Position numbers and translations under genes: made by a program
Notes under the pieces: generated by a model
What the model saw: the letters and a program-made list of their open reading frames with translations, nothing else
What the model was told of the DNA's origin: nothing
The model's database searches: none
In this document: in pieces, positions 28,052 through 37,035 of the stretch
Numbering within the stretch: position 1 is the stretch's first letter
Layout: each line of letters opens with the position of its first letter
Assembly: GCA_963738405.1 (NCBI GenBank)
Contig: CAVTWJ010000009.1
Span: forward strand, 160,001-224,000
DNA: 64,000 bases
DNA from: a candidate division FCPU426 bacterium
Lineage (GTDB): Bacteria > Oederibacteriota > Muellerivitia > Muellerivitales > Muellerivitaceae
Reading direction: 5' to 3'

Positions 28052-29008
28052 ATGAAACGCCTGCTGAGCCTATTCATTTTTCTCGCGTTGTTAGCCGTCT
28101 CGCTCCCCGCCGCCAGCCAAACCGCCAATGCCGCCGCCTATTACAATTACGGCAACCAGCTTTACGCGGCCAAAGATTACGCGAAGGCGGTTTCTTATTA
28201 CAAATACGCGACCCAGCTGGATCCGACCAACGCGGCGGCTTTCCAGGGATTGGGCAACGCCTATTACCAGTCGGGTGACAAATCAAACGCCTTGGCGGCT
28301 TATCAACAAGCCAAGACCTTGAACCCCTCCAACACCCAATTGGATCCAGTCATCAATTACCTTCAAACCCAGGTGAGCGCGACTCCCCCCATGCCCGCCA
28401 CTACAACCGAGGGCAATAGCCAACTTTCGAATAAAAACGCAGACAAGAAATTGGATGTGGACGTCCACGCCGGGTTTGGACTGGGGACCAACAGCGGATA
28501 TGGATTCGGATTTGGCGGTGGCGCGGGTGCTTTCTACATGCTGGATAAGAGCTTGGGGCTGGGAGCCGACGCGGGTTTTTACACTTTCGGCCTTGGTTCG
28601 GCGAGCGGAAGCTCGGGAGGAACCACGGTATCAGTTAGCGCAAGCCAAAGTTTCTTTGAAATCGCAGCTTGCGGGAAATACGTCATGGAGGGCGATAGCC
28701 TTCGCCCCTTCCTTTTCGGCGGAGTTGGAATAGCGGATGCAATTTCCTCCGTCTCCGGTTCCGCATCCGGCTCTGTCACTGGTTCCGGATCCGAATCTTC
28801 CTCCGAAGTGGACCCACTGATTGTCTTAGGCGGCGGGTTTAACATTCCGGCGGGACAAAACATGGACTTCTTTGCCCGTGTCAAGGTCAGCATTGTGATG
28901 GTCCCGGGAGTCGCGGTGACGAATGCTTACAGCGGGGGCACTACGACGGTGGGCGGCGGAACCGTCATGTATATACCCGTTGAAGGCGGGTTGGCGTTCA
29001 ATATGTAA
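28052..29008 (+). CDS. TPR domain fused to outer-membrane beta-barrel
   Basis: GGAGG RBS; signal peptide; TPR helices (AFQGLGNAYY); Gly/aromatic-rich strands. Confidence 0.75.
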   Translation: MKRLLSLFIFLALLAVSLPAASQTANAAAYYNYGNQLYAAKDYAKAVSYYKYATQLDPTNAAAFQGLGNAYYQSGDKSNALAAYQQAKTLNPSNTQLDPVINYLQTQVSATPPMPATTTEGNSQLSNKNADKKLDVDVHAGFGLGTNSGYGFGFGGGAGAFYMLDKSLGLGADAGFYTFGLGSASGSSGGTTVSVSASQSFFEIAACGKYVMEGDSLRPFLFGGVGIADAISSVSGSASGSVTGSGSESSSEVDPLIVLGGGFNIPAGQNMDFFARVKVSIVMVPGVAVTNAYSGGTTTVGGGTVMYIPVEGGLAFNM

Positions 29009-29018
29009 AGTTTGGGGA

Positions 29019-29063
29019 TTTCCCGCCCTTTTTCCCCGGGGAGAGGGGCGGGAAAACTTTTTT
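29019..29063 (+). terminator. Rho-independent terminator
   Basis: TTTCCCGCCC...GGGCGGGAAA stem followed by a T-run. Confidence 0.75.
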
Positions 29064-29097
29064 AAATTTGATCCTCCTCTTGTAGGGTAAATCCACT

Positions 29098-29496
29098 ATG
29101 AAAATCTCCGTTTTCTTTCTCATGCTATTCTTGATTTTAGTATTTCAAAATCCGGGTACAGTCTGGGCGCAGGAACACGCTCCTGATTTTCTGCGGTTGG
29201 GCACCCAGGCCTTTCGCAATAAGCAGTACGACATGGCCATTTCCTACTACAATTCAGCTATTGATGAGGACACGAATTATTGGCCCGCCTATCAAGCCCT
29301 TGGAACCCTTTACTACATAAAAAAAAACTACAAGGAAGCCCTGAAAAATTTCCAAAAAGCCTTCGATCTGAATCCCGATAGCGAACCCTTAAGAAAGTTC
29401 GTGAGTTATCTGAGAGTGAAACAGGGCCAATCACCCCTGCCGATGGCGACTCCCACGCCGGTTTTTAAGATGCCCCAGGCCGTTCCGGCCCAGTAG
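29098..29496 (+). CDS. Exported TPR protein
   Basis: Signal peptide; AYQALGTLYY..A...FQKAFDLNP. Confidence 0.8.
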   Translation: MKISVFFLMLFLILVFQNPGTVWAQEHAPDFLRLGTQAFRNKQYDMAISYYNSAIDEDTNYWPAYQALGTLYYIKKNYKEALKNFQKAFDLNPDSEPLRKFVSYLRVKQGQSPLPMATPTPVFKMPQAVPAQ

Positions 29497-29571
29497 GGAA
29501 TTCCCAAAAACCTTGTTTTGACCCCATACGCCTCGTAAGATAGCCCCCGTTTGTCTTCCGGAGGCCCGTAG

Positions 29572-30987
29572 TTGCGCAATACATTCAAAAATATCTTCAA
29601 GTTTCTTTCTTCCCTCAAGCTGGCGGTTCCCCTTCTCTTCATCCTGGTGGTTCTGTTGGCGACAGGAACCATCGTGGAATCAAGATCCTCCACCTGGGCG
29701 GCCAAGCATTACGTCTATTCCACATGGTGGTTTGGGTCTTTTTTGTTCCTCTTAGGAACCAACGTGTTTTGTTCCGCCCTCTCCCGATACCCCTGGAAAA
29801 AACACCAGACTGGTTTTGTCATTACCCACTCGGGGATTTTGCTCGTCCTATTCGGCTCCATGGTGACCCAGCAGTGGGGAAATGACGGCCAGATCGCCCT
29901 GTCCGAGGGCGAGTCCGGGCATATCTTTCAAGAAGACAAGCCCACCTTTTACACCCAGGACGGGGACGACGCTCCCCAGACCTTTTCCGCCCAGTTCACC
30001 TTTGGGACGCCCGACCCCGACCATCCCAAAACCTGGAAACTGGATAAGGGCGGGCTGGCTATCGTGAACCAATATTATTTCAACGCCCAAAAGAAGATAT
30101 TGGCCCAGGCCCCGGAAGAAGGAAAAAAAGGCGTCCCGGCGGTGCGTTTGGTTTTGGCCAGTTCCTTCGTGAACCAGGACCAATGGCTATTCCTGGGGGA
30201 TAAGGATTACAGCCAGATCGATTTGGGCCCCGCTTCGGTTTATTTCATGACTCCTTCCGCCTGGAAGGCGAAGGTCAAACAATTGGGCGGCAATCTTCCC
30301 CCGAACGCCTTGGTCCTTCTCTCCGGCCCCCAGGGTGACATCCATTACCAGACCCGGCACCGGGGTGAATGGACTCCGCTACAACCCCTGACATTGGGGG
30401 CGGATAATTCCACCGGCTGGATGGACATGCAGTTTAAGGTCACGGATCAAAGGGCCCAGGCGGTGCCTGAAGAAGAATTCGACGCCCAGCCCCTGCCCGA
30501 ACAGAAGGACCCCGAACCGGCCCTGCATTACGAGGTCTTAAGGGGAGCCGAAAGGCATGAAAGCTGGATCGGCTACCAAAGCCAGCAAAGTTTCACCTTA
30601 GGGGGCAAAACCTTCGCGGTGGCCTTCGGCCCCCGGCAGATTCCCCTGCCTTTTGGCATCCAACTGGTCAAGTTCAAGCTGGGGCTCGATCCCGGCACCG
30701 ACAAACCCGCCTCCTACGCCAGCGACGTCAACGTGCTCGACCCGGAAAATGAAACCCAGGTTCCCACCCAGATCTTCATGAACCATCCCCTGCACCGGGA
30801 CGGCTATACCCTCTTTCAGGCCAGCTATTCCAAGGACCCGGACGGGAAATATATCTCGGTTTTTGCGGTGGGGAAGGACCCGGGCATTGTCTATAAATAT
30901 GGCGGGGCACTGGTTATGATCTTTGGAATCATCTTAATGTTCTGGTTCAAGAATCCCGCCTTAAAAAAAGGGGAAGCGAATGCCTAA
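29572..30987 (+). CDS. resB: Cytochrome c biogenesis protein ResB/Ccs1
   Basis: LSSLKLA, THSG, MNHPL..GY.LFQ, KDPG; directly upstream of ccsA. Confidence 0.82.
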   Translation: MRNTFKNIFKFLSSLKLAVPLLFILVVLLATGTIVESRSSTWAAKHYVYSTWWFGSFLFLLGTNVFCSALSRYPWKKHQTGFVITHSGILLVLFGSMVTQQWGNDGQIALSEGESGHIFQEDKPTFYTQDGDDAPQTFSAQFTFGTPDPDHPKTWKLDKGGLAIVNQYYFNAQKKILAQAPEEGKKGVPAVRLVLASSFVNQDQWLFLGDKDYSQIDLGPASVYFMTPSAWKAKVKQLGGNLPPNALVLLSGPQGDIHYQTRHRGEWTPLQPLTLGADNSTGWMDMQFKVTDQRAQAVPEEEFDAQPLPEQKDPEPALHYEVLRGAERHESWIGYQSQQSFTLGGKTFAVAFGPRQIPLPFGIQLVKFKLGLDPGTDKPASYASDVNVLDPENETQVPTQIFMNHPLHRDGYTLFQASYSKDPDGKYISVFAVGKDPGIVYKYGGALVMIFGIILMFWFKNPALKKGEANA

Positions 30988-32770
30988 AGAAACGACAAGA
31001 GATTTACCACCAAGGCACCAAGGCACCAAGAACGACCTAAAAGTTTTGGATAAAAACAACAAACCTGAATTTTTTTCGAGTTTAAAGCTGTTAAAAAATT
31101 TTTTGTCTTTCTTGGTGTCTTGGTGTCTTGGTGGTTCAATTGCCGTTTTGTTGTTGTTGGTTTCTCCGGTTTTCGCGGACGGATTGGATTTTTCCGCTCT
31201 GGCGAAGATCCCCATCCAGGATGGTGGCCGGGTGAAACCTTTGGATACCTTCGCTCGGGAAAGCGTGCGTATGGTGACGGGCCGGGAGCAATTTGAGGGG
31301 CGCAATTCCCTCGATACCCTCATGCAATGGCTGGCCCAGCCGGGCCCCTGGGACACGAAAGAATGTATTCTCATTGAGAACCTGGGATTGAAAGACATGC
31401 TGGGAATCCCCAAGGATCAGAAAAGGGCCATGCCGGTTTCCCTCATCCACAACGAAGGTTTCATCGCTTACGCCAACTCCAGTTTCAACAAACAGCAGAA
31501 AAAAATGACTCTGGACCCGACGGCCAAGGAAGCTTTGGCGGTTTTTGGAAGGCTCCAAAGGCTGGAAGATATTGAATCGGGCGCGGCCATGAACGTGATT
31601 CCCCTGCCGGACCCGACCACCCAGAAATGGGCCTCGCTGGACGATTTCCGCCAGGCCTATGAGCGGGACGGTTCCAAAATGCCCGACGCCGCCAGAACTA
31701 TTTTGGCAACCTTTGGCCACCTCATGGAAGCCTACAAGGCTGGCGATGCCGCTAATTTCACCACGGCTTGCGAAAACTTCGACCAGATTTTGCGCGAGGT
31801 CGGGGCCAAGGATTACCCGGACCCGGGAAAGTTATCCTTGGAAATCCAATACAACTCGGTCAAACCCTTCCGCTGGGCCTGGATCATCCAGCTCACCGCC
31901 TTTCTCTTGATGGGTCTATCGACCATGCTGGGAATACGCGCCCTCTATTGGCCGGGCTTCGGGCTATTCGTCGGGGGAATTCTCATTAGCGTCTACGGGT
32001 TCACCATGCGCTGTCTCATCGCCGGGCGCCCGCCGGTTTCCAATATGTACGAGTCGCTTATCTGGGTTACCTTTGGCATGACGGTTTTCGCCTTGATCTT
32101 TGAACTGATCTTCAAGAACCGCCAATTCGCCACGGCGGGGTCCGTCTTGGCCGTCATCGGCTTTGTGTTGGCGGACAACGTGCCCACAGTTTTGGACCCA
32201 TCCATTCAGCCCCTAGAGCCGGTTTTGCGTAGCAACTTTTGGCTGACCATCCACGTTTTGACTATTACACTAAGTTACGCAGCCTTTCTTCTTTCACTTG
32301 GCATCGGGCATATTTGCCTCTGGACCCTCTGGGCCCACGGCAAAGACCCGGACCGTCTGAAGCGCCAAACACGGCTTCTGTATAGGGTGGTGCAGGTGGG
32401 GGTGGTCATGCTGGCGGCGGGAACTATTTTGGGCGGCGTTTGGGCCAACTATTCTTGGGGCAGGTTTTGGGGCTGGGACCCCAAGGAAACCTGGGCTCTG
32501 ATCGCCCTTTTGGGATATGTGGCCATCCTTCATGGCCGCCTTTCAGGCTGGCTGAAGGAAGCGGGTTTTACCATCGGCGTGGTCTCGGCCTTCTTGGGGG
32601 TCTTGATGGCCTGGTACGGGGTCAACTTTGTATTGGGCGTGGGACTTCACAGTTACGGCTTTTCCAAGGGCGGTCTGCCCTACGTCTGCACCTTCGTGGC
32701 GGCAGAAATCATTCTTGTGACGGTGGTGGGTTTAAAAGTTAAAGCCGAAAGAATCGTTAAGGTCGCTTAA
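30980..32770 (+). CDS. ccsA: Cytochrome c biogenesis protein CcsA/ResC
   Basis: GRPPVSNMYES, WLTIHV, WANYSWGRFWGWDPKETW (WWD domain), GLHSY. Confidence 0.92.
   Translation: MPKETTRDLPPRHQGTKNDLKVLDKNNKPEFFSSLKLLKNFLSFLVSWCLGGSIAVLLLLVSPVFADGLDFSALAKIPIQDGGRVKPLDTFARESVRMVTGREQFEGRNSLDTLMQWLAQPGPWDTKECILIENLGLKDMLGIPKDQKRAMPVSLIHNEGFIAYANSSFNKQQKKMTLDPTAKEALAVFGRLQRLEDIESGAAMNVIPLPDPTTQKWASLDDFRQAYERDGSKMPDAARTILATFGHLMEAYKAGDAANFTTACENFDQILREVGAKDYPDPGKLSLEIQYNSVKPFRWAWIIQLTAFLLMGLSTMLGIRALYWPGFGLFVGGILISVYGFTMRCLIAGRPPVSNMYESLIWVTFGMTVFALIFELIFKNRQFATAGSVLAVIGFVLADNVPTVLDPSIQPLEPVLRSNFWLTIHVLTITLSYAAFLLSLGIGHICLWTLWAHGKDPDRLKRQTRLLYRVVQVGVVMLAAGTILGGVWANYSWGRFWGWDPKETWALIALLGYVAILHGRLSGWLKEAGFTIGVVSAFLGVLMAWYGVNFVLGVGLHSYGFSKGGLPYVCTFVAAEIILVTVVGLKVKAERIVKVA
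31006..31135. repeat. MITE-like element with 27-bp terminal inverted repeats built from tandem 8-mers
   Basis: ACCACCAAGGCACCAAGGCACCAAGAA (31006-31032) vs TTCTTGGTGTCTTGGTGTCTTGGTGGT (31109-31135), 25/27 complementary, AT-rich spacer. Confidence 0.8.
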
Positions 32771-34287
32771 AACCCATAAAGCGGGCCGAATTTTCCTTCC
32801 AAATATTTCAAAAAGGGTTCCGGGGATAATTCCCTACCCGTGACCTTTTGGCAAAGGTCTCCTGCTAGGTAGGTCTGGCCCTTGGCGTGGATGTTCCTGT
32901 TCAGCCATTCCTTCAATTGTTTGAAATCACCCTGCGCAAACTTTCCGCCAAAAGTCCCGATTTCCTTTTCAGCGGCCTCAAAGAATTGGGCTGAAAAGAG
33001 GTTCCCTAGCGTGTAAGTGGGGAAGTAGCCAAAGCTTCCATGGCTCCAATGAACATCCTGCAGGCATCCTTTGGCATCGTCAGGGGGGGTGACCCCAAGG
33101 TATTTCATCATCAACTCGTTCCAACGGGCCGGTACATCGGTTGTATTTAATTTTCCCGATAGAAGGTCGGTTTCGATCTCATAACGCAGGCAAACATGCA
33201 GGTTATAGGTCACCTCGTCCGATTCGGTGCGGATAAAGGAAGGCGCCGAATGGTTAATGGCGAAATGGAACTGGTCCACCGTCAAATCGTCGAAGGTGCC
33301 GGGGAAGGCTTTTTTCAGCTCGGGGAAGAAGAAGTTCCAGAAGGGCCTGCTCCGCCCTACCAGGTTTTCCCAAAGGCGGGACTGAGATTCGTGAATACCC
33401 AACGAAACCGCCGAAGCACGTGGTGTGCCAAATAGTTCCAGCGTGTGGGGAAGGCCTTGGTCGTAAATACCGTGGCCAGCCTCGTGTAGGGTGGAAAAGA
33501 AGGCATTTTCAAAATTGGTTTCCTCGAAGCGGGTGGTGATGCGGGTGTCGCCAGGCCCCAAGCCGGTGGTGAAGGGATGGGCGGAAACGTCAATGCGGCC
33601 CCGGGTAAAATCGAATCCTATGGCCTCAGCCAGCTTATGGCAAAAGGCCTGCTGAACGGGTACGGGGCAAGGGCGCTTCAAAATCGATAGATTTGGCTGG
33701 CGTTTGGAAGAAGTAATCTTGGCCGAAAGTTTGGAAAGCCGATCCCTTAAAGGGGGGAACAAGGCGTCGAGTTTCTTGGTGGTGAGGCCCGGTTCGTAAT
33801 CCTCTAATAAAGCGTCATAGGGATGGTCCTGATAACCGTAACATTTTGCCTGTTCCTGAACCAATTTAAGAATCTTCTCCAGCCAGGGTTGGAACCTTTT
33901 GAAATCGCTGGCCTTGCGGCCTTCCACCCATTCCACTTGGGCGTTCGAAGAGACTCGGGCCATTTCCTCCACCAGGCTTTGGGGAAGTTTGGTGGAACGG
34001 TCGTAAGACCTGCGCCATTCGCGGATATTCACCGCGCTGTCTGAAACCGTATTCCCGGTTAGGTTTTTATCCGCTTCCGCGGAAGAGATCCATTCACCTA
34101 CCTTGGGATCGGTAAATTTCTGGTGGATCATACCCGCCAAAAGGGATTCTTGTTCCGCCCGGTAGGGGGCGTTGGCTGACGGCATATAGACTTCCTGATC
34201 CCAGCCCAAGACCCCCGCCGTATTTCCTAGAAGGGCGATTTCTTTCATGCGTTTCAACAGCTCTTCGTAGGCGGATTCGGTTGTCAT
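32767..34287 (-). CDS. Carboxypeptidase M32 (Taq family)
   Basis: HPF, HEAGH, HESQS, IRTESD, QDVHW, YFPTY. Confidence 0.95.
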   Translation of the reverse strand: MTTESAYEELLKRMKEIALLGNTAGVLGWDQEVYMPSANAPYRAEQESLLAGMIHQKFTDPKVGEWISSAEADKNLTGNTVSDSAVNIREWRRSYDRSTKLPQSLVEEMARVSSNAQVEWVEGRKASDFKRFQPWLEKILKLVQEQAKCYGYQDHPYDALLEDYEPGLTTKKLDALFPPLRDRLSKLSAKITSSKRQPNLSILKRPCPVPVQQAFCHKLAEAIGFDFTRGRIDVSAHPFTTGLGPGDTRITTRFEETNFENAFFSTLHEAGHGIYDQGLPHTLELFGTPRASAVSLGIHESQSRLWENLVGRSRPFWNFFFPELKKAFPGTFDDLTVDQFHFAINHSAPSFIRTESDEVTYNLHVCLRYEIETDLLSGKLNTTDVPARWNELMMKYLGVTPPDDAKGCLQDVHWSHGSFGYFPTYTLGNLFSAQFFEAAEKEIGTFGGKFAQGDFKQLKEWLNRNIHAKGQTYLAGDLCQKVTGRELSPEPFLKYLEGKFGPLYGF

Positions 34288-34322
34288 AGCGGTTTATGTT
34301 TTCCTTTGTTGTTTGAAATGAC

Positions 34323-34880
34323 TTACAGGTCTTCCATCAATCCGAAAAAGATGGGAACATCCTGCTGGGTGAGGTTGTTATAAAGCAAGAAGCTGTACCG
34401 GCCTTCCACAAACAAATGCTCGCCCGGATGCAGGTCAAATTGAAGGCCCAAGCCGACATTTCCCGCTACGGAGGAGGTGTTGTACCCGCTGGGATTGTCG
34501 ACTTGCACATCGTAACCGGGGCCGAAGAGAAGATAAGTCACATAACCCTTGCTGGGCATGCTTAAACGCATATCGCAAAAAACACGGGTGTCATAGATGG
34601 AACTGCCGGCGCCGGTAAAGAACCAGGGGTTCAAGTCCACTTGAACGGCCCATTGGGAATCCAGTCGGTATCCCCCGAAAATGTTTCCGCCGCCGCCCAA
34701 AATAAAATTCGTGTTCCAATCCTGTGCCGGGACCGCGACCCCTAGGCCGATTCCCAAATACCCGGGTGAGACAATGGCGTTCTGCATGGCATTTTGATTT
34801 GAGGAATCCCCGTTATCCTGGGCTTGAGCCTGAGACTGAAACATTAAAGCAAGTGCCAGAACCCATAGGATCTTTTTCAT
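34323..34880 (-). CDS. Small outer-membrane beta-barrel protein
   Basis: GGAGG RBS, MKK signal peptide ending AQA, amphipathic strands (LFVEGRY). Confidence 0.72.
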   Translation of the reverse strand: MKKILWVLALALMFQSQAQAQDNGDSSNQNAMQNAIVSPGYLGIGLGVAVPAQDWNTNFILGGGGNIFGGYRLDSQWAVQVDLNPWFFTGAGSSIYDTRVFCDMRLSMPSKGYVTYLLFGPGYDVQVDNPSGYNTSSVAGNVGLGLQFDLHPGEHLFVEGRYSFLLYNNLTQQDVPIFFGLMEDL

Positions 34881-34987
34881 ACTTCCTCCCTGAAGTAACA
34901 GAATTTCGCTCTTGAGCTTAGCGGTAAAAGAGTAAAGAAAAAACCCCCTCAAGTGCGCCAATTCCCATATGGAATCGGCAATGCGAA

Positions 34988-35956
34988 TCAGGTAAAAACC
35001 TGTCTTATAAAGGCCACATCCTCCGACGACAGGGGCTTATCTTGGCCTGATAGATTGACCTGCACCTGGTTTAAGTTCCTAAAGCCTGGAATCACGCAAG
35101 CCACCACCGGATTAGCTAAAAGATACTGTAGAGCCACCCGGGCCAAGTCCTTCACATCCGAGCCGAAACGGGATTTCAATTTCTCAATCTTGGGTTGGAG
35201 TCCTTCCAGGGTTTCAGTGGTGAATCGCTTGTCCCCGAGGCGGTGGTCGCCCGACTCAAACTTGGGAGGATTTTTGGGGTCAAATTTGCCCAAGAGCAGG
35301 CCCTGGTTGAGGGGGGAAAAGGCCACGAAACTTATTTTTTTCTCTTCCATCAGTTTCCTGACCGGTGTCCCTTCCCGGATGAATTGGTCGTCCATGATAT
35401 GGGCCCAGCTTTGGAGTACGTCTGGTTTGACCTTAGGAACCACTCTTGTGAAATCGTCATTGGAATAGGCGGACTGCCCGATCAGGCGGATCTTGCCTTC
35501 TTTTTTCAGCTTGTGCATGGTTTCTACCGCCCCATCCAAATAAAAGTCCTGGGGACCGAAGAAGCCATGGTGGAAATAATAAAGATCGATCACATCCCTT
35601 TTCAGGTTAATCAAGGACTGTTCGCACTGGTGGCGGATATGGGCCGGTTCGTAGGCATGGGCCGCGGTTCCTGGGAACCAGCCAACCTTGGTGGCGACGG
35701 TCAGTTTTTTGGATCGGTCGCCCAAAATACGGGCAAGCATTTGTTCCGCCTTGCCGTTGCCGTAAACGTCCGCGTTGTCGAAATGGTTCACGCCCTGGTC
35801 GAGGGCGTGATCAATGGCCCTTCTCACCTCGCCCTCATCCACATTGGCCCAGCCGTTGGCCTCACCGTTGACCCAGTTCAAACCTCCCATAGTCCAACAG
35901 CCCAAGCTGATCTCCGAAACCTCGATATCCGATTGTCCAAGACGGCGGTAACGCAT
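34988..35956 (-). CDS. Aldo/keto reductase
   Basis: LGCW, FDNADVYG, ATK, IDLYYFH, SPL.QG, VIPG. Confidence 0.92.
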   Translation of the reverse strand: MRYRRLGQSDIEVSEISLGCWTMGGLNWVNGEANGWANVDEGEVRRAIDHALDQGVNHFDNADVYGNGKAEQMLARILGDRSKKLTVATKVGWFPGTAAHAYEPAHIRHQCEQSLINLKRDVIDLYYFHHGFFGPQDFYLDGAVETMHKLKKEGKIRLIGQSAYSNDDFTRVVPKVKPDVLQSWAHIMDDQFIREGTPVRKLMEEKKISFVAFSPLNQGLLLGKFDPKNPPKFESGDHRLGDKRFTTETLEGLQPKIEKLKSRFGSDVKDLARVALQYLLANPVVACVIPGFRNLNQVQVNLSGQDKPLSSEDVAFIRQVFT

Positions 35957-35990
35957 AAAGCCTCCAAAATATAATAAAAGCTTTCGAAAT

Positions 35991-36935
35991 TTAGTTGCCT
36001 GTTTTACTGCCTCCCGCCCGTTTCAGGCGGTCGTTAATGGCCCGTCCCAAACCTTCTTCTGGAACCGAAAGGGCCAAGATGCCGTCCAATCCCATCCCAT
36101 CCAGTTTTCTCAATGTGGAAAACAAATTGGCCGCTGCTTCCCGAAGGTTTCCATCGGCTGAAAGGACTTCCGCCGTCTGAAAGGAGCCTGCTTGAGCGTG
36201 AGGTTTCAGGGTTAGGAGACCCCAGCGTCCGGAGGGAATATCATTTAATTCCTTCAAATATTTTAAAGGGGTGGAGGGCGAGTAGTGGCTAGGTAGCTGG
36301 CCCGGGGCCAAGGGGATGGGCCCATCCCCGCCAAGGGTGACCGGGCCTAAAAGGGTTTGAAGTTCTTCCAAACTGATCCCGCCTGGCCGGAGGATGACGG
36401 GCACTCCCGAAATAAAAGAAAGAATGGTCGATTCCACCCCCACCTTGCAGGGGCCTCCATCCAAAATCATGTCCACATTATCGCCCAGGGATTGCCTCAC
36501 ATGTTTGGCGGTTGTGGGGCTGACCCCCCCGAATAGGTTCGCGCTGGGGGCGGCAATGGGTCGACCCGATTCCCTTATCAACTCTAGGGCCATGGGATGG
36601 TCCGGAACCCGAAGGGCCACCGTGGGTAGGGAAGAAGTCACCAAATCGGGGATCAAGGAGCTTTTTTCAAGAACCAGGGTTAAGGGACCGGGCCAAAAGG
36701 CTTCCGCAAGTTTGACGGCTTTGGAGGGAAGTTCCTTAACTAAAATTTCGGCCTGGCGCAGGTCGGCGACATGCACGATGAGGGGGTCAAATTGCGGGCG
36801 GTGCTTGACCTCGAAAATCCGGGCCACCGCCATGGGGTTCAAGGCGTCCGCCCCCAGGCCGTAAACGGTCTCGGTGGGGAAAGCCACCAAACCGCCTTCC
36901 TGGATCATTTGGGCGGCCTTTTCAATTTCCTTCAT
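35991..36935 (-). CDS. sua5: L-threonylcarbamoyladenylate synthase (Sua5 type)
   Basis: FPTETVYGL, K.RP..DPLIVH, APSAN, APG....HYSP. Confidence 0.93.
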   Translation of the reverse strand: MKEIEKAAQMIQEGGLVAFPTETVYGLGADALNPMAVARIFEVKHRPQFDPLIVHVADLRQAEILVKELPSKAVKLAEAFWPGPLTLVLEKSSLIPDLVTSSLPTVALRVPDHPMALELIRESGRPIAAPSANLFGGVSPTTAKHVRQSLGDNVDMILDGGPCKVGVESTILSFISGVPVILRPGGISLEELQTLLGPVTLGGDGPIPLAPGQLPSHYSPSTPLKYLKELNDIPSGRWGLLTLKPHAQAGSFQTAEVLSADGNLREAAANLFSTLRKLDGMGLDGILALSVPEEGLGRAINDRLKRAGGSKTGN

Positions 36936-37035
36936 TCAAAAGGGCCTTTCCTGAAAAGGAATCGATTGCATAGGGTCATTGGAAGAATAAAGGGTAACGG
37001 TTGGATGGAAATCACGCAAGGCCGGGAAAGCAGAC

